Part shown: positions 18,115 to 26,646 of the stretch, piece after piece | How positions within the stretch are numbered: the first letter of the stretch is position 1 | Layout of the letters: each line of letters opens with the position of its first letter | From: a virus | Lineage: Duplodnaviria; Caudoviricetes | DNA length: 64,000 nt | Direction: 5' to 3' (one strand) | IMG/VR virus record: IMGVR_UViG_3300033074_001674 | Location: 64,001-128,000 of that record | Made by a program: the position numbers and the translations under genes | Notes under the pieces: generated by a model | Seen by the model: only the letters and a program-made list of their open reading frames with translations | Told to the model about the DNA's origin: nothing | Databases searched by the model: none

Positions 18115-18843
18115 TTAAATCCTAGTCTTAATAGGTGCGGATGGTATTTCTCCAAGCGGATGACGACCGAACCATTCAGGCTTGCTTTTCCCTAGAGTAA
18201 GACCGTTCTCGTCTATTAGCCTATTTAACTCCCAGCCGCTCTGTCCATGGCTCTTATATGTGTGATATTTGTCAATAATACTATTGTCGCTGACAAAGCC
18301 ATAATGTAAAACCAACAAATCACTATCTTTAACCGTGTTTATGCCGTCTGGATACTGACGATGATGTAGCCCATTCTTTACGTTGTAATGAAGCTTTCCA
18401 TTGTTGCGCCATAGCCTAGTAAAGATTCCGTCACCATATTGGTTATCTAATCTAAAATAAGCTTCTGACCTCCACAAGTTAATTTGTGGGAATGTGTACG
18501 CGTCACAATCCATATTCGCAGCGAGCTCTCTAATTAAATTATTATCCTCTACTCTTTTTTCAAAAACTTCATCTGCATCCAGCCAAAGTATATGTGATGG
18601 GTCGCATTCTAAAACATGGTTAAGAAGAAATTGTTTATGCTCTATTTCCTTGCCAAACTCATTCTTAGACCCAGGAAATACAGACACGCCCTTATAAGAT
18701 GCAGCAACATCTACACTGTTATCTGTTGAGCCATCATCATATATAAATACGTGGTCAACTATCTTAGTGAATGAATCAAGGAACCTGCGCAAATTTCCTT
18801 TTGATTCCTCATTGTAGACCTGGCAAAATCCTACCGTAAACAT
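18115..18843 (-). CDS. glycosyltransferase family 2
   Basis: VYNEE, YDDGSTDNS, LWLDADE. Confidence 0.85.
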   Translation of the reverse strand: MFTVGFCQVYNEESKGNLRRFLDSFTKIVDHVFIYDDGSTDNSVDVAASYKGVSVFPGSKNEFGKEIEHKQFLLNHVLECDPSHILWLDADEVFEKRVEDNNLIRELAANMDCDAYTFPQINLWRSEAYFRLDNQYGDGIFTRLWRNNGKLHYNVKNGLHHRQYPDGINTVKDSDLLVLHYGFVSDNSIIDKYHTYKSHGQSGWELNRLIDENGLTLGKSKPEWFGRHPLGEIPSAPIKTRI

Positions 18844-19747
18844 CTATTACCTCATCTATATTGCGATATATTGCTTCTGGATGTTTTGTGAATGGAAATA
18901 AAATATAGTTAGGCCAAAATTTCATTCCATAACTCATTCTGGAAATGTTGCTCTCGGATATAATTGGCCATTGCTTTTCTAGACCTGAGACTCGTGGGTC
19001 TGCCATTTCATTCCCTTCGCCTGTCCAAATCCTACCTTTTTCAAGCTTCTTGGCCATAGGCCGCGCCCAGCCGTAATGAACAATATCTTCGTCATGATTA
19101 CCTATACAGACTCTTGTTTTTGTTGGATGATGTATATCTTCTCCGGGCCCTGTTCCTTTTGCCTCATCTGTCCATTTCCCTACAGACAATGCTCCATCTG
19201 TAAGATATATTCTTGCGTGCCCATATGAACCATCAAAGCGATTTGGAAAACTTCTAATAGATGGGTCGCCACCAGGCGGCATCCTCATACATAAAAATGG
19301 ATTACTATCTCTTTTTCGTAAAGACTCTAACCAATCAGTCGTAGAGTACAATTGATTCTGATAAAGCTCCCAATGATTAATTGTAAATAGGGTTACATCG
19401 TTATTCAGTTCTCTAGCTGTGTTCGCAGCCTTCCATGCTCCAGCATCATAGAACACATCATCGCCATCAAGACGGATAAATCTATCGCAGCCCAATTTTC
19501 TAAGCAAATCAATTGCGGCATTCTTTGGCTTACTTATATCATAATCTGGAAGCGGGCCATATTCTATTAGGTGTAATTTCCCATCAGTTATTTCATGACT
19601 GAAAATCTCTTTAATTAACTGAGTAGTTCCATCTGTAGAACCACTATCCACCAATACATAGTGGTCAACATGCTCTATTAAAGAATCTATAGTAAAAACT
19701 ATTGTCGCCACCTCATTAAGTGTGGCAGTTAATGCACCTATCTTCAT
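18809..19747 (-). CDS. glycosyltransferase family 2
   Basis: LNE, VDSGSTDGT, IRLDGDD, VHYG. Confidence 0.85.
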   Translation of the reverse strand: MKIGALTATLNEVATIVFTIDSLIEHVDHYVLVDSGSTDGTTQLIKEIFSHEITDGKLHLIEYGPLPDYDISKPKNAAIDLLRKLGCDRFIRLDGDDVFYDAGAWKAANTARELNNDVTLFTINHWELYQNQLYSTTDWLESLRKRDSNPFLCMRMPPGGDPSIRSFPNRFDGSYGHARIYLTDGALSVGKWTDEAKGTGPGEDIHHPTKTRVCIGNHDEDIVHYGWARPMAKKLEKGRIWTGEGNEMADPRVSGLEKQWPIISESNISRMSYGMKFWPNYILFPFTKHPEAIYRNIDEVIDVYGRILPGLQ

Positions 19748-19938
19748 GATATAAAAAGATATGCTCCCTCAAGTGCTCCTGAATTTTCGGTACAATCGCA
19801 ATCTTTACGCTGCTTTGCACAAGATAAACATCTGCAATACCAACACAGATGAGATGTAACTGAAAAACCAAAACGTCCAGAGCCACAATGGTTTCTTATT
19901 ATAATCAAGCCTGTATCTCGACATTGTTGGCACTTCAT
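19744..19938 (-). CDS. small Cys-rich protein
   Basis: CQQCRDTG...CWYC.C..C. Confidence 0.5.
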   Translation of the reverse strand: MKCQQCRDTGLIIIRNHCGSGRFGFSVTSHLCWYCRCLSCAKQRKDCDCTENSGALEGAYLFIS

Positions 19939-20519
19939 GGAGCGCCTCTAGGAAAATCACTTGTAATTGTACTTTCCATTAGACGTTTGACGTTCTTAGT
20001 ATCAAAGCCTCTGCCAGCTTTTCTTTTAATTAGCTCATAAACAACCCCCATGGTCGGATGTGGATGCGTAAAACATTGGACTAAATCATCTGATTCTATT
20101 GGTTCATCTGTAGTAAATGTGGCATATTTATTCTTTTTCCATAATTCCATAGTGGCCGCCACATCGTTGACTGCGTATGCTAAATGATGGATGTTGTTTC
20201 CGTGCTTTTCAACCCACTTATCTACAAGTGACCCAGGCGTTCCCTGTGAAACAAATATATCCGGAGCCATATGGTACTGTAAATGGTTATACTCGTGCCT
20301 GGTAATTGATGGAGCATCCATTATGCCGCAGCGCTCAATAGGAACAAGTGAGTAGCATTGTGCAAATTCCTTCTTTTCATCATCAAAGAAGATTAGAAAT
20401 GATTCATCTATTTTATAGCCAAACGCATCGCATAAAAATTTGGCCGCCGCATCTCTATCTTTAACGCGATATGCAATGTGGTCTAATCTCATGGGAATAT
20501 TGCTCTCTGCTCTTGCCAA
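19935..20519 (-). CDS. VOC/glyoxalase superfamily metalloenzyme (HPPD/methylmalonyl-CoA epimerase-like)
   Basis: LDHIAYRV, IHHLAYAVNDV, YELIKR: His/His/Glu metal triad. Confidence 0.8.
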   Translation of the reverse strand: MARAESNIPMRLDHIAYRVKDRDAAAKFLCDAFGYKIDESFLIFFDDEKKEFAQCYSLVPIERCGIMDAPSITRHEYNHLQYHMAPDIFVSQGTPGSLVDKWVEKHGNNIHHLAYAVNDVAATMELWKKNKYATFTTDEPIESDDLVQCFTHPHPTMGVVYELIKRKAGRGFDTKNVKRLMESTITSDFPRGAP

Positions 20520-21286
20520 GATTGTGCAGTTTTAACTAACCAAGGGACAGCTTGATAGCTATATCTTTCCATATATTTACGAGTATAGCTTGGATGCCAA
20601 TCTACTTCTGGAAATTTTCTAAATGATGGCATAGACCAACTAGTGTCGTCCAACCTTCCCCATTTTGTCTGAATCCATGGTCCGTTATTTTTGCCATCCC
20701 ATGGCTTTGCCTTATATGAATATTTCAGATGATTAACGAAATGTCCAACTTCAATATCTCCATCTCTTTTAATAAAATCATGAGACCTGTCTATATAATC
20801 TTTTAAGCCAGCCTCACTAATTCTGAGCTGGCTGTCAACGTCCTCGAATCCGCCTCCAGTAAACCTTTCGTCAAACCATCCATGCTCAAGAATAAATTGT
20901 TTAGACAAACACATCGCACCATAATGGAACAAATGTATCATCAGATACTTCTGACTTGCAATCATATCTTCTAGATATTCTAACCAATTAGGATTAAAAG
21001 TAATATCATCATTACATATTAAAACCCATTCTGTTGGTGCGGTCATAATGCACCAATTCCAAAGTTCTGCCAAACCAGACTTATCTGGAAGCCAAACACT
21101 TCTTAAATGCAACGAAGCATTCTCATCACACAATTTCATTGAATCATCATAGGAATCTGGGCTATCATGCAAAACAGTAACAACCGGCGACTTGCTTTGA
21201 GCAGTAGACATAATGCTTTTTAAAAAAGCTTCAAGGCATTTAGGCCTATGTCTTGACGGCACAGCTATACTAATCTTATCGTGCAT
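20489..21286 (-). CDS. glycosyltransferase family 2
   Basis: SIAVPSRHR, WN, ICNDD, GWFDERFTGGGFED. Confidence 0.85.
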   Translation of the reverse strand: MHDKISIAVPSRHRPKCLEAFLKSIMSTAQSKSPVVTVLHDSPDSYDDSMKLCDENASLHLRSVWLPDKSGLAELWNWCIMTAPTEWVLICNDDITFNPNWLEYLEDMIASQKYLMIHLFHYGAMCLSKQFILEHGWFDERFTGGGFEDVDSQLRISEAGLKDYIDRSHDFIKRDGDIEVGHFVNHLKYSYKAKPWDGKNNGPWIQTKWGRLDDTSWSMPSFRKFPEVDWHPSYTRKYMERYSYQAVPWLVKTAQSWQEQRAIFP

Positions 21287-22061
21287 CTTCCACCAGAATT
21301 GGATTGTACTGTTTCACAATCTTAATCTCTCCATATTTCCCAGAATTCAGGAGTTGCTTAGCCTTTGTTTTGCACGCATCAGATGCCGCCTTTTCTCTGT
21401 CCTTATTAGAACCAGTAATCTGGTTGCCATGAACGCGAAAAGCCGCCAATATTGCCCTGACTAGCCCGAAATGGGTAAACTGCGCGGCGCGCACCGCAAA
21501 ATCAAAGTCCTCACATATTTCGTTCCAATATAAACCAGTTTTTCTCCACAAGTTAGCTGTGTACATAAACGACATCCCAAGGTCGTATCCATTAACAAGG
21601 TCTTCTCTCGTCTGTGGCTTCTGATGAATAACATCGTGTATCCGACGATTGTTTTCATCTATATAGGTAAAATCGCTGTAGACAAATTCTACTGGAGCCC
21701 CTTGTTGTTCGCATTGATGTAGAGCGTTTGCAAGTTCAGCCACGAAGTTTGGAAAATAAATATTATCAGCACTACACCAAGTTATATATTTGCCTCTAGC
21801 CAGAGAATGGCCTGTATTTAAAGCGCTGCCTGTGCCACCATTTTGCTTTGAAATGTACCGCAATCTTCTATCAAAGAAGAAATTTCTAACAACAGAATCT
21901 GTATTATCTGTAGAACCATCATTAACTACTATAATCTCTATAGATGGAAATGTTTGCTTTGTAAGACTATCTAGTGTCGCAGCTATAAACCTCTGCGCAT
22001 TATATGCTGGAACAACAATTGAAACTAACGGCGCTTCATCTTTAACTATTAAGTGTTTCAT
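21276..22061 (-). CDS. glycosyltransferase family 2
   Basis: VSIVVPAYN, NDGSTDNT, ALNTG, SADN, EDFDF. Confidence 0.92.
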   Translation of the reverse strand: MKHLIVKDEAPLVSIVVPAYNAQRFIAATLDSLTKQTFPSIEIIVVNDGSTDNTDSVVRNFFFDRRLRYISKQNGGTGSALNTGHSLARGKYITWCSADNIYFPNFVAELANALHQCEQQGAPVEFVYSDFTYIDENNRRIHDVIHQKPQTREDLVNGYDLGMSFMYTANLWRKTGLYWNEICEDFDFAVRAAQFTHFGLVRAILAAFRVHGNQITGSNKDREKAASDACKTKAKQLLNSGKYGEIKIVKQYNPILVEDAR

Positions 22062-22399
22062 GTGTTTGCCTGACTTCTACGTCTATTCTCGCTATCTATA
22101 TATTCAAATAATCTAGAAACATGATTATCGCATATTGGAACTAGGTCATTCCACCCGTGTTTACATTCCTGTGACGTTTGACAATCATTACAGTAAATAT
22201 CAGCTCGACTACCAGCGGGGATAGTCTGCGAAGGCCACTCGCAATTATTATTGTATACGCACTTATATTGAGAATGAATTACAGGCCAACATCTTTCACA
22301 AATTGGCAACTTGTTACTATTTTCTTCATCTGGGAAGAAATTAAGCCAGCGGACTGCAAATATCATTGGATACTGACACCAGCGACATTTAATAGACAT
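22058..22399 (-). CDS. Cys-rich hypothetical protein
   Basis: Repeated CxxC / CxxH modules. Confidence 0.55.
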   Translation of the reverse strand: MSIKCRWCQYPMIFAVRWLNFFPDEENSNKLPICERCWPVIHSQYKCVYNNNCEWPSQTIPAGSRADIYCNDCQTSQECKHGWNDLVPICDNHVSRLFEYIDSENRRRSQANT

Positions 22400-22776
22400 T
22401 ATCTCCTCACATTATGTGATGAAACTAGACTATCTAGTAAAATTAGTCTTTTGCGTTTTTTAGCCAACCATTTTAATGCTATCGACAGATGCGCTTCACA
22501 AGTTGAGACTTCAGGTAAATAATATGCAGCATATGCCCATGCACAATAATCACATGTGTATCTATAGCCTTTACAACCATTAAAACAATGAGCAAAAACC
22601 ATATCAAACCAATAAATCATTGCAGGATATTTACAATTTCCATCTCCAAAATAACAAGTATTTCTATTTACTTTTTCTCTATAATGTTCATGACATAGAT
22701 ATGCTGGGCTATAGCCAATCTTGCTACAGTCAACTAAATATCCTTCTTTTTTACAATCATAAAATTGGCATTCCAT
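22399..22776 (-). CDS. Cys-rich hypothetical protein
   Basis: Repeated CxxC / CxxH modules. Confidence 0.55.
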   Translation of the reverse strand: MECQFYDCKKEGYLVDCSKIGYSPAYLCHEHYREKVNRNTCYFGDGNCKYPAMIYWFDMVFAHCFNGCKGYRYTCDYCAWAYAAYYLPEVSTCEAHLSIALKWLAKKRKRLILLDSLVSSHNVRR

Positions 22777-23378
22777 TATTGCCTCTCAAATATAAAAACA
22801 GCTCTAGTCCTATGATTGGTAGAACGCTGAATCCCTATTCCTCCAACCTGCTTAAACCATTCCTTTTTATATTGAGGTAATACTTCGTCTAACCACACAA
22901 GAAATCCGCCACGGTTAAGTAATAGATAGCATTGTTCCATTACCTTTTTCCTATTTATCATTGGATATCCATATTTTTCAGCATCTTTAGCAGAATATGG
23001 ACAGTCTGCCAAAATCAAATCAAATTTTCTATCAATAAGCACGCTGGCATTTTGTGCATCTCCGCAAAAATCTGGCTTTAATTTTGGATTAATATCAAAT
23101 GTTAATCCTGGAAAATCTTCCATCCAGCTTTTATTGGATTCAAAACCGGGACTTAATGAACCACTAAACAAATGTAATGTTTGTTCTTTACCAAACTCTG
23201 GAAACATTGTTCTAATTCTTTTAAGATACCCATAAGGATAAGCGCCATACCAATTTGGTCCTGTATAACAGGCTCCAATACTCCAATATCCTACTATCCA
23301 ATTATTGCTAAATTGAATTTTAGGCCATTTTGGAAATGCCAAATTGTACAAATCTACCCTATCTTCAAGGCTTAACAT
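22776..23378 (-). CDS. small putative DNA amino-methyltransferase
   Basis: GAYP, HLFSGS (SAM-binding), DIN...PD...DA, DLILADCPY (DPPY-like). Confidence 0.7.
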   Translation of the reverse strand: MLSLEDRVDLYNLAFPKWPKIQFSNNWIVGYWSIGACYTGPNWYGAYPYGYLKRIRTMFPEFGKEQTLHLFSGSLSPGFESNKSWMEDFPGLTFDINPKLKPDFCGDAQNASVLIDRKFDLILADCPYSAKDAEKYGYPMINRKKVMEQCYLLLNRGGFLVWLDEVLPQYKKEWFKQVGGIGIQRSTNHRTRAVFIFERQ

Positions 23379-23379
23379 A

Positions 23380-24396
23380 TTAAGCTGGATTGTAGACCGG
23401 CGCCATTCTGGCTGATGCCCAGGGCCAATTTAGCATCCATTGAGGAATTGTAGGCAAATTAGGATGCAATGAGTAATACGGAGATTTCTTCCAGTGTTTA
23501 ATTTTTGCCGCTACATCCTCTTTTGTGTAAAAATCACATATATCCTTATATGCTGGATGTTCTTTTAAAGAAGATGGATGATTCCCGTCGAATTCGAGAA
23601 CGGTATTTAAATCCTCTGTAAAGCCCACAAACTCTTTAAGCTTCTCATCAAAGGCATCTGCGGCAGACTTTCCTTCGCCAGCCGGGAATCTCTTAAGTTC
23701 GCTTTCGTAAAATTCTCTCTTCATCTCGTGAAATTTTACTCCCTTTGCATGGCCATAATGATATATGAAAATAGGAGTAACATATCGAAACTGTTGAATT
23801 TGCGGATGAAAATACGTGCAGACTCCATCAGCCTGGGTAGCAACTGGATGTGTATGATATCTAAGTCCTGGGCGCCACCTCAGGATTCTCTGATGAGAGC
23901 AGACCCACTCTGGTCCAAAATCTCGCACATGCTTAAAATCTCTATAAAAGTGCAAAAATGTGACCATTAATTCGCTTGCCAACGGCCTCTTGTAAATATA
24001 CTGACGAAGCTTCTCTATATCTCCGTCCATATAAAATTCATCGCAGTCTACAATAAATATCCAATCGCCATCACGAGATGAATCAAGAAAGACCTGCTTT
24101 TGTTCCTCAAGACTCTTGAACGGCCTATCTAATTGAATAAATTCTATTTTGTTTGCGGGGTCTGGAAAGTTCTTAATAAGTTCAATTGTCTTATCAGTTG
24201 AGTGTCCATCATGTGTCGAGCCAGGCCTGCCTTCTACTGCTCCCTCTACAATGCGGATTACATCCCACTCATCGTAGCAATTACGCAAATTATACTCTAT
24301 CCAGCCTTCTTCGTTGTGCGCTGCAACGCACTTGACTAGACGGATTTTATCTTTTGGATAATTGGTCTCAGAAAGTATGTAATCTATTTGTCTCAT
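23380..24396 (-). CDS. glycosyltransferase family 2
   Basis: HNEE, HSTDKT, WIFIVDCDEF, IYHYGH. Confidence 0.8.
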   Translation of the reverse strand: MRQIDYILSETNYPKDKIRLVKCVAAHNEEGWIEYNLRNCYDEWDVIRIVEGAVEGRPGSTHDGHSTDKTIELIKNFPDPANKIEFIQLDRPFKSLEEQKQVFLDSSRDGDWIFIVDCDEFYMDGDIEKLRQYIYKRPLASELMVTFLHFYRDFKHVRDFGPEWVCSHQRILRWRPGLRYHTHPVATQADGVCTYFHPQIQQFRYVTPIFIYHYGHAKGVKFHEMKREFYESELKRFPAGEGKSAADAFDEKLKEFVGFTEDLNTVLEFDGNHPSSLKEHPAYKDICDFYTKEDVAAKIKHWKKSPYYSLHPNLPTIPQWMLNWPWASARMAPVYNPA

Positions 24397-25481
24397 TGAT
24401 TTATTTCTTCCAATACCTTAATAATCTTTGACGCCCCATTATCCCAAGAGAATTTTTTGGCTGTCTCTACCCCGCTCTTATTGAAGAGAAGCTTTCCGCT
24501 CTGCTTCTCACTGTGTATCTTGCGCATCTCATCTACCAGTTGGTCTAGGTTAAATGTTGACCATGCACCCTGTCCATAGAACCACTTGCCATCCTTCGCG
24601 ACTTCCATTCCAGTAACATCTAGTAATCTGGCATTTCTATCATGCATATATTCTGTGTGGCCAGAATAATTAGTTGCTATTATATGTGCTCCGCAGGCCA
24701 TCATCTCTAGTGGCTCAAGATTAAATCCTTCTGCTTTTGCAGGAAAAACACCAACATCAATTTGTGCGAATATCTTTCTTATCTCAGCATGATTATCAAC
24801 TCTATCAAAAAACTTTACCTTATTGCCCATGGTAGATAGAGCATACTTCTTCCGCCACTCGAAATTTTCATGGCCGATAAATGGGTTATCGTTCATCATC
24901 CACAACTCAACATCATCTGTTGGTGAAAATGCGGCGTTAAATGCTGCGCATAGCTCTTCGTGGCCTTTTCTTACTTCCCACTTACCAACATTCATGAATA
25001 TTGTAGAATTTCTATTCCAATATTGTCTTTGATTGTGCCCGTCCGGCTCGTAGAAAAACTTATCATTATCAACGCCTAGTGGAACAACAAATGTCGGAAC
25101 CTGAATATTATTAGATTCAATAACTCGCTTCGCCCATTCAGAGCAAACAAATATATAATCTAAAGAATTTAGATGATGCTTTTCCTTATCTGAAAACTTA
25201 TCAAGTTCGAATATTGGAAATCCAATCCTAATATTGCTTGGATACATATCTAGTTCAAATTGATGCCAAATTCTAATTGAAGGGGCCTTATGATTAAAGG
25301 TCTCCTTTGACTTTAAGGCAAAATCTAAAATCCGCGTGCTTTCATCTGTCTTTGGCCACGATACATTGCCTATTGGGAATAATGCAACTTTATGTCCAGC
25401 ACCAATTAGAGATTTAAGTAAATTATATGAAGCTACTCCATATCCCAACTGACCTATTGGTCCAACCCAATTAATGTCCAT
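24393..25481 (-). CDS. glycosyltransferase family 4 (GT-B)
   Basis: LGYG, GKWEVRKG, EGFNLEPLEMMACG; likely start at ATG 25481. Confidence 0.9.
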   Translation of the reverse strand: MDINWVGPIGQLGYGVASYNLLKSLIGAGHKVALFPIGNVSWPKTDESTRILDFALKSKETFNHKAPSIRIWHQFELDMYPSNIRIGFPIFELDKFSDKEKHHLNSLDYIFVCSEWAKRVIESNNIQVPTFVVPLGVDNDKFFYEPDGHNQRQYWNRNSTIFMNVGKWEVRKGHEELCAAFNAAFSPTDDVELWMMNDNPFIGHENFEWRKKYALSTMGNKVKFFDRVDNHAEIRKIFAQIDVGVFPAKAEGFNLEPLEMMACGAHIIATNYSGHTEYMHDRNARLLDVTGMEVAKDGKWFYGQGAWSTFNLDQLVDEMRKIHSEKQSGKLLFNKSGVETAKKFSWDNGASKIIKVLEEINQ

Positions 25482-26646
25482 TTCTGACCTTCCAAGCACA
25501 ATAATGAGATAAAATTGTTTCCTTCATTAAATTCCCTATATAATCATAGTTATATTTAGAAGGAGTAGATATGGCGGTATTTATCTTTCGTCTCCATGGA
25601 GAATCTTCGCCGCCAACCAATTTACTAATTGACCATTCGTTGTAAGCAGACCTAAGAGCCCCTCTTAGTGAGAGGATATCTGGTTCTGCCCAATTGTCTG
25701 CGGCCGTATACATAAAAGGATGTGGGTGTGGCATCGAATGACATGGTGTCATCGTGTAATCAACTAGCCATCCGGCATCGTTTGTTAAGAACTCTTTTGT
25801 CCCGCCACAATTAAGTCCAATTGCCGGCAGTCCATATCCAAGAGCATCAAAATGTGTAATTGAGAAGCCTTCGCCGCGGCTAGGGAGTGCATACAAATCG
25901 CATGTCTTGTATAGCTTTGCTATAGAATCTTCTCCTGTAACACCATGTATTAGCTTAATCTTAGGATAAGCTCCACTTTGTAATCTAAGCGCAGATTTAA
26001 TCCCGTTGATTTGATTAATCAGAGAGTTTCTCTCATTATCTCCATCATTAGGCCCAAAATAAACCTTTAAGACCAATACGACATTATCATTTGCTGTAAA
26101 TTCATTTAGATATGAAAATAGCAATGAGTCAACACCCTTTTTCTTGGATATCTGACAAATAGATAATATCTTGAAGTGCTCTTCAAAACCAGGCATATCA
26201 TATGGCTGAACAGGCTTTTTGTATTGTTCCTCGCTAAATGTGTGCGGCACCTTAACAACTGGAGGCTTGACACCAGCGACTGTGCACGCGATAACATTAT
26301 CGTCGCATGGGACCATAATGAGGTCCATCTGATTTAATTGTCTAACCCACTCTTGAGGGACTCTATCTGTCTCCCATGCAAAATAACATGCATTAAAACA
26401 GCCGTCTTTTCTGCCCATCTCATTTGGGGTTGTATGAGCAAGAATAATATCTACATTAGATGTATCCTTGTCTGCAAGGTGCTTCTCTCTATCTGATAAG
26501 ATAGCGCTACCGCCATCATATCTTAATGGCCTAGTTACTATATCACATCCTACAGAATCTAGCGCTCTAACATAATTCCTTGCGGCAGTGGCATATCCTG
26601 AGAAATCTAGCAATGGGGCTATATACAATATCTTTGGATTTTTCAT
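25471..26646 (-). CDS. glycosyltransferase family 4 (GT-B)
   Basis: SGYATAAR, WET, KKG, PSRGEGFSITHFDALGYG. Confidence 0.9.
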   Translation of the reverse strand: MKNPKILYIAPLLDFSGYATAARNYVRALDSVGCDIVTRPLRYDGGSAILSDREKHLADKDTSNVDIILAHTTPNEMGRKDGCFNACYFAWETDRVPQEWVRQLNQMDLIMVPCDDNVIACTVAGVKPPVVKVPHTFSEEQYKKPVQPYDMPGFEEHFKILSICQISKKKGVDSLLFSYLNEFTANDNVVLVLKVYFGPNDGDNERNSLINQINGIKSALRLQSGAYPKIKLIHGVTGEDSIAKLYKTCDLYALPSRGEGFSITHFDALGYGLPAIGLNCGGTKEFLTNDAGWLVDYTMTPCHSMPHPHPFMYTAADNWAEPDILSLRGALRSAYNEWSISKLVGGEDSPWRRKINTAISTPSKYNYDYIGNLMKETILSHYCAWKVRNGH

